Below are positions 39,090 through 48,323 of a stretch of 64,000 bases of DNA, piece by piece. Source of the stretch: Candidatus Omnitrophota bacterium (GTDB taxonomy: Bacteria; Omnitrophota; Gorgyraeia; 2-01-FULL-45-10). The translations under genes were made by a program, and so were the position numbers. Location of the stretch: the NCBI GenBank assembly GCA_903843285.1, contig CAIMPC010000039.1, forward strand, positions 44,886 to 108,885, written 5' to 3'. Under the pieces are notes generated by a model. That model made no database searches and was not told where the DNA came from. It saw only the letters and a list, made by a program, of their open reading frames with translations. Position 1 is the stretch's first letter. Each line of letters begins with the position of its first letter.

Positions 39090-40187
39090 ATGAAAGTATT
39101 ACACGTCACAACTCACTTTAATGTGGGCGGCATAACCAAGTATATATTGAATTTGGCCAAGGCCGTACAAACCGAAGGCGTAGAGGTAATCGTTGCTTCA
39201 TCCGGAGGAGATTTGGAACCCGGGCTTAAGAAGTGCGGTATCAGGCATCTACAGCTTAATATCAAAACGAAATTTGAATTTGGGCCTAAAGCCATAATCT
39301 CCGGTTTTAAAATAGCAGGCATAATAAAGAATGAGAAGATAGATCTTTTGCACGCGCACACACGAGTTTCACAGGTCGCCTCGGCCATAGCATCGGCGAT
39401 TACCGGCGTGCCGGTCGTGACCACGTGCCACGGTTATTTTAAGAAGAGATCGAGAGCCCTGGTGGATACGTGGGGTGTCAAGGTTATAGCAATAAGCGAT
39501 GCGGTGCGTATGCATTTAAGAGATGATCTTGGCGTGTCTGAGCCCAGAATAAAACTGATTTATAGCGGGGTCGACGCCGATAGGTTCTCGCGCGTATATT
39601 CCCGCGAAGAGATGCTTGCTCTTAAGAGGTCTATCGGCTTAAGGGATGGGCCGGTTATAGGAACGATCGGAAGGTTGTCGTCGATAAAAGGACAGAAATA
39701 TCTTATAATGGCGTTCAGGGAAGTTATGGCCGAAAGAGGTGATACCCAGTGCGTAATCGTGGGTAGCGGCCCGGAAGAGTCTGCGCTAAAAGATTTGGCC
39801 GGATCTATGGGCGTATACGACTCGGTAAAATTTATAGAATCATGCGATGATACACATAGGTATCTATCAATGATGGACGTCTTTGTATTTCCCTCGATAA
39901 AAGAGGGGCTGGGCATAGCGCTTTTAGAGGCGCTTGCCTCGGGCAGGGCTTGCGTTGCCTCACGTATAGGCGGCATCGAAGACATAATAACCGATGGCCG
40001 AAATGGTATACTGATAGATGTGGAAAATTCCCACGGCATAGCCGATGCAATTCTTCGGCTATTGGATGACGACGTGCTGCGCAAGAAGATTGGTGAAGAG
40101 GGCCGCGCCATGGTAAGGAGTAGATTTACATTAAATACAATGGCCGATAATATTACAAAATTGTATAGGGAGACAGCCGGGGAATGA
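39090..40187 (+). CDS. glycosyltransferase family 4
   Basis: MKVLHVTTHFNVGGITKYILNLAKA; GT-B fold with C-terminal EGLGIALLEALASG. Confidence 0.8.
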   Translation: MKVLHVTTHFNVGGITKYILNLAKAVQTEGVEVIVASSGGDLEPGLKKCGIRHLQLNIKTKFEFGPKAIISGFKIAGIIKNEKIDLLHAHTRVSQVASAIASAITGVPVVTTCHGYFKKRSRALVDTWGVKVIAISDAVRMHLRDDLGVSEPRIKLIYSGVDADRFSRVYSREEMLALKRSIGLRDGPVIGTIGRLSSIKGQKYLIMAFREVMAERGDTQCVIVGSGPEESALKDLAGSMGVYDSVKFIESCDDTHRYLSMMDVFVFPSIKEGLGIALLEALASGRACVASRIGGIEDIITDGRNGILIDVENSHGIADAILRLLDDDVLRKKIGEEGRAMVRSRFTLNTMADNITKLYRETAGE

Positions 40188-40975
40188 AGAGATCGCGCAT
40201 AATATCGATCGCATCTATAGCCGTAATAGGCATAGTCGCGTTCGTATTTTTAAAAACAGCTTATGTAGCGCCTATATTGATGTACCATTCGGTGGATTAT
40301 AACGATAAGATCACAAAGCTTTCGATTAATCCTAAGGATTTTGCCTCGCAGATGGATTTTCTGCATAAGAATAAATATAACGTGGTGACCCTGGAAAATC
40401 TCGTCACCTACATTAAGGATAAGAAGGACATTCCTCCTAAGACGATCGCTATAACTTTCGATGACGGTTATTATAATAATTATGAATATGCTTACCCGAT
40501 CTTAAAAAAATATAATCTGCCGGCAACCATCTACATTATTGTTAGCAAAATAGGGGCCCCGGGCTATATGGGCTGGAAAGAGATAAAAGAGATCTCTGAC
40601 TCAGGCTTGATCACGATCGGAAGCCATACGATATCGCATAAGTGGCTGCCGGCTATGGGGACTATAAATCTTAAATCAGAGTTGGCGGATTCAAAGGCTA
40701 TCATAGAAAAGCAAATAGGCAAGCCGGTCAATACCCTGTGTTATCCCATCGGTGCTCATGATGACAGGGTTGAGCTCGCGGTGAAGTCAGCCGGGTATAC
40801 ATGCGCTGTCGCAACAAATCCAGGCAGATTTTCACCTATAGATGATCTGTATGCAATAAAACGCATAAAGATATCGCGTACGTCCAACAATCTATTCGTA
40901 TTCTGGTTTGAGATCAGCGGATATTATACTTTTATAAAGGAATGGAAGGGCCGCCATATCATGGAGATTGAGTAG
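40184..40975 (+). CDS. polysaccharide deacetylase (CE4) family protein, membrane-anchored
   Basis: TFDDGYYNNYEYAYPILKKYNLPATIYI NodB motif; N-terminal TM helix. Confidence 0.8.
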   Translation: MKRSRIISIASIAVIGIVAFVFLKTAYVAPILMYHSVDYNDKITKLSINPKDFASQMDFLHKNKYNVVTLENLVTYIKDKKDIPPKTIAITFDDGYYNNYEYAYPILKKYNLPATIYIIVSKIGAPGYMGWKEIKEISDSGLITIGSHTISHKWLPAMGTINLKSELADSKAIIEKQIGKPVNTLCYPIGAHDDRVELAVKSAGYTCAVATNPGRFSPIDDLYAIKRIKISRTSNNLFVFWFEISGYYTFIKEWKGRHIMEIE

Positions 40976-41003
40976 CCTGATAATGGCATAACAGGTAGGG
41001 CAT

Positions 41004-42032
41004 ATGAATAAACGTATACTGATCGTGAATGTCAATTGGATAGGAGATGTTTTATTCTCGACGCCGTTCTTGCGGACTGTCAGGGAAGCGAATCCAAATG
41101 CATATATTGCATGCCTTTTACATCCGCGATGCAAAGAGATGTTAGAGGCCAATACCAGAATAGACGAGATAATATTATATGACGAAGAACTCGCGCATAA
41201 GAGCATCTTCGGAAAATGGAGGCTCATAAAAGAGCTGAAGCGTAAAAAATTTGATACAGCATATCTTCTTCACCGTTCATTTACGAAAGCCCTGATCGCG
41301 TGTTTGGCCGGCATAAAAGAGAGAGTGGGTTACCCGACGAAGAACAGGGCAGGCATATTAACTAAGGTGGTTGATGAGCCTTCGGAAGAACTGCACAAGG
41401 TAGAGTATTTTCTTAATATTGCCAGGGCTTGCGGCATGGAACCTAAGAGTGTCTCGTACGAATTCTTCGTCCGGGAAGAGGACAGAAAATTTATTACAAA
41501 GCTATTGCAGAAGGAAAGTATATCTGAAAAAGATACTGTGGTTGTGTTGTGTCCGGCCGGAAATTGGCCCCCCAAGAGATGGCCGGCAGAGAACTTCGCC
41601 AGGCTTGGTGATGAACTCGCGGAAAATTGCGGAGCGAAAATCGTGATCTCCGCAGCTGGAAATGATTTGAAGCTTGCTCAAGACATAAAGAGCGTTATGG
41701 CCTCAGTACCTGTGATCGCCGCGGGCAAGACTAATCTGAATCAATTGGGCGCTCTTCTGGAACGAGCGAACCTCGTAGTAGCCAATGATACGGGCCCCAT
41801 GCATGTGTCGGTAGCCGTGGGCGCCAGGACGATCGCACTGTTTGGGCCAACGTCCGCTCGTCTCACAGGCCCATACGGTGAAGGTGATTATAAAGTTATG
41901 TCGGGGAATGTATCGTGTGAAGTCCCGTGCTATGATATTACCTGTGCAGATAATTCATGCATGTCGGCGATAAGAGTTAAGGAAGTGATTAGGGAAGCGT
42001 TAAACATATTGGCAAAACATGATGATCGATAA
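41004..42032 (+). CDS. GT9 heptosyltransferase paralog 1
   Basis: ILIVNVNWIGDVLFSTPFL, GNDTGPMHVS, FGPT motifs. Confidence 0.75.
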   Translation: MNKRILIVNVNWIGDVLFSTPFLRTVREANPNAYIACLLHPRCKEMLEANTRIDEIILYDEELAHKSIFGKWRLIKELKRKKFDTAYLLHRSFTKALIACLAGIKERVGYPTKNRAGILTKVVDEPSEELHKVEYFLNIARACGMEPKSVSYEFFVREEDRKFITKLLQKESISEKDTVVVLCPAGNWPPKRWPAENFARLGDELAENCGAKIVISAAGNDLKLAQDIKSVMASVPVIAAGKTNLNQLGALLERANLVVANDTGPMHVSVAVGARTIALFGPTSARLTGPYGEGDYKVMSGNVSCEVPCYDITCADNSCMSAIRVKEVIREALNILAKHDDR

Positions 42033-42996
42033 TAGCGCGATAAAGCGCATGCTCGTGATAACTCTAAGTAACCTGGGTGACATCATACTCACTACCCCGG
42101 TAATCGCTACGCTAAAGCGAGAGTTTCCGATGGCAAGGATAGACGTCCTGGTTGGGCCTGCGGGCAGAGAAGTGTTCGAAAAAGACCATAATATATTTAA
42201 AATTATCATCTACGATAAACATATGCCGATCGCCGGCAAGCGTCGTCTGCAATTGAAGTTAAAAAAGCTCAAATATGATTTGGTCGTAGATCTTAAGAAT
42301 ACGCTATTCGGTCTATTAATAGGACCAAAATATAGGACCTCAACGATACAAAGCTTTCCGGTGGATGTTATTCACAGTATCGATAGACACCTTCACAGGT
42401 TGAAATCTCTCGGTATAATGAACGTTGAGAGGCAGTCATATATACATATAACTCCCGAAGACGAGGCGCAGATAGCGCACCTTCTAAAGATGCATGGGGT
42501 ACGCGATAGGTTTATAGTTATAAATGCCGGGGCCAAGAGCCATCTGAAACGCTGGACACCCGAAGGATTTGCGGCTGTAGCCGACAGACTTGCCGGTGAA
42601 TGCAAGGCAGATATAGTCTTCATTGGCGCCAAAGAGGACGAACCCATAGTTTCCGAAGTAATAAGGAAGATGAAGCATACGCCGCATAATTTCACAAATA
42701 AAACAAATGTTAGGCAGCTCGGCAACCTATTAAAACGAGCAAAGCTTCTTATAACAAATGACAGTGCTCCTCTGCATCTCGGCTGCGCTGTAGGCGCTAA
42801 AGTGCTCGCAATATTCGGTCCGACGAATCCTAAAAAATACGGCCCTATAGGTGAATTCGATCTGGTTGTTAATAAGAGATTATCCTGTTCGCCGTGCGAG
42901 ACAGCTGTCTGTAGATTTAACTACGAATGCATGTCACTGATCACGGCAGATGATGTCTTTGAATCAGCCAAGATAATGGTAGAGGGATATGAGTAA
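42019..42996 (+). CDS. GT9 heptosyltransferase paralog 2
   Basis: MLVITLSNLGDIILTTPVI, TNDSAPLHLG, FGPTNP. Confidence 0.75.
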   Translation: MMIDNSAIKRMLVITLSNLGDIILTTPVIATLKREFPMARIDVLVGPAGREVFEKDHNIFKIIIYDKHMPIAGKRRLQLKLKKLKYDLVVDLKNTLFGLLIGPKYRTSTIQSFPVDVIHSIDRHLHRLKSLGIMNVERQSYIHITPEDEAQIAHLLKMHGVRDRFIVINAGAKSHLKRWTPEGFAAVADRLAGECKADIVFIGAKEDEPIVSEVIRKMKHTPHNFTNKTNVRQLGNLLKRAKLLITNDSAPLHLGCAVGAKVLAIFGPTNPKKYGPIGEFDLVVNKRLSCSPCETAVCRFNYECMSLITADDVFESAKIMVEGYE

Positions 42997-44017
42997 AAAA
43001 ATTCTTATAGTAAGATTGGACAGGATGGGGGATGTGGTGCTCTCGACGCCGGTCATAAAGGCCATTAGGGGCGCCTATCCCGAAAGTCATATAGCCATGA
43101 TGGTTCGTACGTATTCGCGCGACATTGTTGAAGGCAATCCGTACCTGAGCGAAGTGATAATATACGATAAGAATGGCACTCACAAAGGCCTGATAGGAAA
43201 TTTAAGATTTATTCGGGAATTGAGAAATAAAAAGTTCGATACCGTGGTAGTGCTCCATCCGACTAACCGAACTCACTTAATACTTAGGCTCTCAGGGATT
43301 CCCGATAGGATTGGTTATGATAAGAAGCTAGGATTTCTATTGACCAAAAAGATACCGCATACAAAGCAGTTCGGAATGAAACACGAGATCGCTTACAACC
43401 TGGACGTTTTAAAATATATAGGCATTGAGCCTAAAGATAGTAAGTTATATATGCCGGTCAACAGTATCTCGGAACGCAAGATAACGAAATTATTAACGGC
43501 GAACGGTGTGAATAATTCAGATCTTCTCGTAGCTATAAATCCCGGAGCAAGCTGTGCATCTAAACGGTGGGGTATAGAAAAATTTGCGAAAGCAGCGAAT
43601 GGTCTGGTCGAGAAATACGGCGCTAAAATAATTATCATATCCGGAGATGTCGATAAGCATTTCGGTGACGGTCTGGCTTTATTGATTAAAAATAATTGCA
43701 TTAACCTGTCGGGAAAGACCAGCATAGCTGATACTGCTAGCGTGCTGAGACGTGTTAAACTGTTTATATCAAACGACTCAGGACCTGTTCATGTAAGCTG
43801 TGCTATAGGCACGCCGGTAATAGCGATATTTGGGCGTGGCGATCGGGGGTTATCGCCTAAGAGGTGGGGTCCCAGCGGGAGGAGCGATATCGTATTGCAT
43901 AAGGATGCCGGATGCGATATATGCTATGCGCATAACTGCCGAACCGGATTCAAATGTCTCGATTCTATCACGCCGCAGGAAGTCCTGGATGCAGCGGATC
44001 AGATATTGGGTAAGTAG
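42989..44017 (+). CDS. GT9 heptosyltransferase paralog 3
   Basis: ILIVRLDRMGDVVLSTPVI, SNDSGPVHVS, FGRGD. Confidence 0.75.
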   Translation: MSKKILIVRLDRMGDVVLSTPVIKAIRGAYPESHIAMMVRTYSRDIVEGNPYLSEVIIYDKNGTHKGLIGNLRFIRELRNKKFDTVVVLHPTNRTHLILRLSGIPDRIGYDKKLGFLLTKKIPHTKQFGMKHEIAYNLDVLKYIGIEPKDSKLYMPVNSISERKITKLLTANGVNNSDLLVAINPGASCASKRWGIEKFAKAANGLVEKYGAKIIIISGDVDKHFGDGLALLIKNNCINLSGKTSIADTASVLRRVKLFISNDSGPVHVSCAIGTPVIAIFGRGDRGLSPKRWGPSGRSDIVLHKDAGCDICYAHNCRTGFKCLDSITPQEVLDAADQILGK

Positions 44018-44046
44018 ATATTGAGACGGCAGTGAACGCCCATCAG

Positions 44047-44200
44047 GCGACGGAACTTCCTATGCCGCCTGAAACGACTGTCATAAAATTTCGATACCTA
44101 TTGGCGGTGCAGGTTTTACCATCGAAAGTTTATCACAGCGAGCGAGGAAGCCGATTCCGAGCGAGCGACAAGTGGAAGGCGGCATAGGAAGTTCCGTCGC
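44047..44200 (-). mobile_element. repeat family B, copy 4 in inverted orientation; 154 bp bounded by perfect 23-bp terminal inverted repeats GCGACGGAACTTCCTATGCCGCC / GGCGGCATAGGAAGTTCCGTCGC
   Basis: The reverse complement aligns with copy 3: CCTTCCACTTGTCGCTCGCTCGGAATCGGCTTCCTCGCTCGCTGTGATAAACTTTCGAT vs CCTTCGCTTGTCGTTCGCTCGGATTAGCCATCCTCGCTCACTGTTGATAAAATTTCGAT. The hairpin ATAAAATTTCGAT is also shared. Confidence 0.75.
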
Positions 44201-44268
44201 TATAGACCAGTATGAAAAATGACGGTGTCGTGTTAGCGTATAATAGTTTAAAGAGATGAGGTGAGCGA

Positions 44269-45342
44269 GTGAAGATAGGAATGATAGGGCTACCGCAGGT
44301 GGGCAAGAAGACATTATTTGAGCTAATAACGCGACATAAGCCTACTGAAGCTGAAGTAGCATCGGGGCGTCCGATAAAGGGCGTAGCCGATATTCTGGAC
44401 GGGCGTTTCGATAAGCTCATCTCGATATATAAGCCGCAGAAGAATGTGCGCGCAAGAATAGATATCGAGTTAATACCCAAGCTCGAAAAAGATTCGATCG
44501 CCAAAGGAGATATATTTAAGGATATTAATGAGCTCGATGCCATATGCCATGTCGTAAGAGCCTTTAGCGATGAATCCGTGTATCATGTCGACGGTTCGAT
44601 TGACCCGAAGCGCGATATAGGTTTCGTTAATTCGGAGCTCATACTGCACGACCTTATCTTTATTGAGAAGAGGGTGGAGAGGTTAGATAAAACGATAAAG
44701 CAGACTAAGGAAGAAGCGGCGGTCAAAGAGAGGGAGGTCCTCGGAAAATTGAAGAGTCATCTCGAAAAGGATCTGCCGCTTCGTACTTTAGATCTGACGA
44801 GCGATGATAAAAAGCTTATATCGAGTTACCCGTTCATATCGCGTAAGGATATGTTCATAGTTCTGAATGTCTCTGAATCTGCGCTGAAAGATACGAAATT
44901 ACAGGTCGAGCTTACCAGTGAGCTTAAACCGATTAAGATAGATGTAATGCAGGTCTCGGCTAAAGTAGAGGAAGAGATAACAGCGCTCGATTCCGAGGCG
45001 GAGAGATTAGAGTTTATGCAGTCTCTGGGCATAAACGAGCCTGCCATCAACCTTATGACACAGTTGTGCTTAAGAACGCTGAATCTCATCTCATTCTTTA
45101 CCGTAGGCCCCGACGAGGTCCGGCAATGGAATACCAAGAAAAGTTCCACGGCACCTGAAGCGGCAGGGGCTATTCACACAGATCTTCAGAGGGGATTTAT
45201 AAGGGCCGAGGTGATGAAGTATGATGATCTCATAAACCTGGGATCCGAGGAACAGGTCAAATCCTCCGGTAAATATTATCTTAAGGGCAAGGATTATACG
45301 GTCGAAGACGGCGATATACTGACCATCAGATTTAATGTGTAA
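44269..45342 (+). CDS. ychF: ribosome-binding ATPase YchF (Obg-like, with TGS domain)
   Basis: GTG start; MKIGMIGLPQVGKKTLFELIT G1 motif; C-terminal TGS (DYTVEDGDILTIRFNV). Confidence 0.9.
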   Translation: MKIGMIGLPQVGKKTLFELITRHKPTEAEVASGRPIKGVADILDGRFDKLISIYKPQKNVRARIDIELIPKLEKDSIAKGDIFKDINELDAICHVVRAFSDESVYHVDGSIDPKRDIGFVNSELILHDLIFIEKRVERLDKTIKQTKEEAAVKEREVLGKLKSHLEKDLPLRTLDLTSDDKKLISSYPFISRKDMFIVLNVSESALKDTKLQVELTSELKPIKIDVMQVSAKVEEEITALDSEAERLEFMQSLGINEPAINLMTQLCLRTLNLISFFTVGPDEVRQWNTKKSSTAPEAAGAIHTDLQRGFIRAEVMKYDDLINLGSEEQVKSSGKYYLKGKDYTVEDGDILTIRFNV

Positions 45343-45397
45343 TGGTACATATATAACCTGGTTAGATATGTCAATACCGCGCTCATGTCTCCATGCT

Positions 45398-45482
45398 GTC
45401 ATGCTGAGCGAAGCGAAGCATCTGCTTTTATTTATTGCCGTCGTAACCAGATCCTTCGGCCATTTCATGGTCTCAGGATGAC
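45398..45482 (+). repeat. repeat family A, divergent 85-bp core copy (GTCATGCTGAG...CTCAGGATGAC)
   Basis: GTCATGCTGAGCGAAGCGAAGCATCTGC...CATGGTCTCAGGATGAC. Terminal inverted repeats match family A core ends. Confidence 0.55.
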
Positions 45483-45516
45483 GCTACTTTTATCGGACAG
45501 GCATGGCATCTAACGA

Positions 45517-45546
45517 TTGACCTTATAATCATTTATGTGATAAAAT
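45517..45546 (+). promoter_or_regulatory. candidate sigma70 promoter upstream of the DHS-like/hldE/kds operon
   Basis: TTGACC, 18-nt spacer, TAAAAT; about 25 nt upstream of the RBS AAGGAAGAG and the ATG at 45570. Confidence 0.4.
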
Positions 45547-45569
45547 AGCGCGAGTTCGAAAGGAAGAGT

Positions 45570-46517
45570 ATGTCAGACAATCCACGACCGAAGATAGACC
45601 TTAGTAAGATCAAAACCATTCCCCTTAATGTCCGTAAATGTAAGGTCTCCATAAGCGATTTCGCAAAGACTGCCAAAAAAGGCGAAAGCTTTAAGACATT
45701 CTACGATTCGCTTCCTCGGATACTTGTTGCCCAAAATCTTAAGGCACTAGTAAGAGATGTAGCCGCCGCCTATAAAAAAAATAAGATGATCATAATAATG
45801 ATGGGTGCACACGTGATAAAGTGCGGCGTTTCACCGCTTATTATTGATCTGATGAAGCGGGGTGTCGTAAAGGCTGTTGCGCTTAACGGCGCGGGAGTTA
45901 TACACGATACCGAAATAGCTATGATAGGGCGCACCAGCGAGGATGTTGGTGAAGGCATCCTCGATGGGTCATTTGGTATGGCTAAGGAGACGGCGAGCTT
46001 TATTAATCAGGCCATAAACTCTGGATTCAATGAAGGTATCGGTATTGGTGAGGCCGTCGGCGCAAACATAGTTAAGTCGAAGCTTCCACACAGAAATCTT
46101 AGTATACTCGCGAATGCGTACGAACTAAACCTATCCGTTACCGCGCACGTGGCAATAGGAACCGATATTATACATCAGCATCCGTCGGCCAGCGGTGTCG
46201 CTATAGGGGAGGGCTCGCTTATAGATTTCAGAAATTTCATATACAGCGTTTCGCAGCTGGAGGCCGGGGTTCTGATAAACCTGGGGTCGGCCGTAATACT
46301 TCCCGAGGTATTCCTGAAGGCTATTACAGTGGCGCGTAATCTGGGCAACAAAGTAGATACTCTTACGACCGCCAATTTTGACATGATAAGCCAGTACAGG
46401 CCATATCAAAATATATTATGCCGTCCGACTTCTAAGGGCGGCAAGGGTTACAATATAATAGGTCATCACGAGATCATGATACCATTATTGTACCGATCGA
46501 TAATAGAGAGTATATGA
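45570..46517 (+). CDS. deoxyhypusine synthase-like family protein (tentative)
   Basis: Block pattern resembles DHS: IIMMGAHVIKCGVSPLIIDLMKRGVVKAVALNGAGVIHDTEIAMIG resembles NIISSGLRGIIAELVRRNIVDVVVTTAGTLDHDIARAFG, and GVLINLGSAVILPE resembles GMIILGGGVVKHH. Alignment is from memory only. Confidence 0.4.
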   Translation: MSDNPRPKIDLSKIKTIPLNVRKCKVSISDFAKTAKKGESFKTFYDSLPRILVAQNLKALVRDVAAAYKKNKMIIIMMGAHVIKCGVSPLIIDLMKRGVVKAVALNGAGVIHDTEIAMIGRTSEDVGEGILDGSFGMAKETASFINQAINSGFNEGIGIGEAVGANIVKSKLPHRNLSILANAYELNLSVTAHVAIGTDIIHQHPSASGVAIGEGSLIDFRNFIYSVSQLEAGVLINLGSAVILPEVFLKAITVARNLGNKVDTLTTANFDMISQYRPYQNILCRPTSKGGKGYNIIGHHEIMIPLLYRSIIESI

Positions 46518-46518
46518 G

Positions 46519-47514
46519 ATGAAGGTAAAAAATTTTAGCTATTATAGGAATACCATCACGAATTTTAAGAAGGCCAAAGTGCTCGTGATTGGAGATCTGA
46601 TGCTCGATGAATTCATATGGGGAGAGGTCACCAGAATATCTCCGGAAGCGCCTGTGCCGGTAGTATGGGTGAAGAAAGAGAGTTTTATGCCGGGAGGTGC
46701 CTCGAACGTTGCCAATAATCTGAGGAGCCTGGGAGCCGACGTGCATCTGGTCGGAGTGATTGGTAAAGATGAGCACGGGGCGATCTTAAAAGGCGAACTC
46801 GAACAGAAGGGGATCCGGACGGCAGGTATAATAACGGATGAATCCAGGCCCACAATATTAAAGACCCGAGTGGTAGCACACCATCAGCAGGTTGTAAGGA
46901 TAGATAAAGAAAAAAAAGATCCGCTCAAAGACGTGATCTTAGAGCGTATGATTGCCTACATAGAAAGCATAATAAAGGGCATGGACGCTGTCATAATAGA
47001 GGATTATGCAAAAGGCGTGATAACGCCGATGCTGCTTAAAAAGGTAGTGCCGATGGCCAAGCGTAATAATAAGATAATATCCGTCGATCCTAAGGAAGAG
47101 CATTTCGCATACTATAAAGGTATCACCGTGATAACTCCGAATAATCATGAAGCTGCCAGAGCGGTAGGGTTTGAAATAAATGATGATGTGACCTTAAGAA
47201 AAGCCGGTGAAAAATTGCTTTCGAAGCTTAATTGTAAAATAGGACTCATAACGCTCGGTGAAAACGGTATGGCAGTATTTCAAAAGAATAAGCCTATGGA
47301 ACAAATACCTACCGTGGCTCAGGAGGTGTTTGATGTATCCGGTGCCGGAGATACGGTGATAGCGAGCTACACCCTGTCGCTTGCATCCGGAGCAGACCCT
47401 ATAACTTCAGCGCATATATCTAACTGCGCGGCCGGCATAGTGGTGGGAAAGGTCGGGATAGCGGTCGTTTCGCCCGATGAACTGCTTGCAAGGATCAAGA
47501 AGGAATTATTTTAA
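46519..47514 (+). CDS. hldE: D-glycero-beta-D-manno-heptose-7-phosphate kinase (HldE/RfaE domain I only, PfkB family)
   Basis: KVLVIGDLMLDEFIWGEVTRISPEAPVPVV; C-terminal GAGDT motif (SGAGDTVIAS). Confidence 0.85.
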   Translation: MKVKNFSYYRNTITNFKKAKVLVIGDLMLDEFIWGEVTRISPEAPVPVVWVKKESFMPGGASNVANNLRSLGADVHLVGVIGKDEHGAILKGELEQKGIRTAGIITDESRPTILKTRVVAHHQQVVRIDKEKKDPLKDVILERMIAYIESIIKGMDAVIIEDYAKGVITPMLLKKVVPMAKRNNKIISVDPKEEHFAYYKGITVITPNNHEAARAVGFEINDDVTLRKAGEKLLSKLNCKIGLITLGENGMAVFQKNKPMEQIPTVAQEVFDVSGAGDTVIASYTLSLASGADPITSAHISNCAAGIVVGKVGIAVVSPDELLARIKKELF

Positions 47515-47561
47515 TCAGATACGTTGGCATATTAAAGTAAAATTTGAGGGGGTATTATTAA

Positions 47562-48323
47562 GTGAAGGCTATAGGAGTTATACCGGCGCGTTGGGGCGCA
47601 ACTAGGTTCGAGGGTAAGGTACTTGCTAATTTGTTAGGCAAGCCCGTTATTCAGCATGTATGGGAGAATGCTAAGAAGGCCAAGACATTGGATGACCTGG
47701 TGGTTGCATGCGATGACGAAAGGATACTTAAGGCCGTTGAGCGCTTTGGAGGAAAAGCGGTATACACTTCCCCAAACCAGCCTTCGGGTACGGACAGGCT
47801 CGCAGAGGTCGTCAATGCTATGAATATAGACATAGCCGTAAATATCCAGGGTGATGAGCCTCTGATGAAGCCGATAATGATAGACAATCTCGTTATGGCG
47901 CTCCAGGAAGAGAAGGTCGCCGGGATGGCGACGATCGTAAAGAAGATCGAGGATGATTCCGAGCTCACTAACTCAAACGTCGTTAAAGTCATAATCGATA
48001 AGAACGGATATGCGATATACTTTTCGCGATATGCGATACCTTATAACAGGACGAACGGGACGGACTCAAAGAAGAGGCCGACGTACTATAAGCATATAGG
48101 TCTTTATGCGTTTACTAAGGATTTTCTGTTCACGTTTAAGAAACTCCCTAATTCATCATTGGAGAATGCCGAGAAGTTGGAGCAATTAAGGGCTATTGAA
48201 TATGGCTATAAAATCAAAGTCGTTGAGACGAAGTTCGATACCGTGGGAGTCGATAGGCCCGAAGACCTAAAGAAAGCCGAAGCTCTGCTTCTGCGTGAAC
48301 AGGAAAACCAATCCAGTGACTAA
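47562..48323 (+). CDS. kdsB: 3-deoxy-manno-octulosonate cytidylyltransferase (CMP-Kdo synthetase)
   Basis: MKAIGVIPARWGATRFEGKVLANLLGKPVIQHV. Confidence 0.9.
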   Translation: MKAIGVIPARWGATRFEGKVLANLLGKPVIQHVWENAKKAKTLDDLVVACDDERILKAVERFGGKAVYTSPNQPSGTDRLAEVVNAMNIDIAVNIQGDEPLMKPIMIDNLVMALQEEKVAGMATIVKKIEDDSELTNSNVVKVIIDKNGYAIYFSRYAIPYNRTNGTDSKKRPTYYKHIGLYAFTKDFLFTFKKLPNSSLENAEKLEQLRAIEYGYKIKVVETKFDTVGVDRPEDLKKAEALLLREQENQSSD

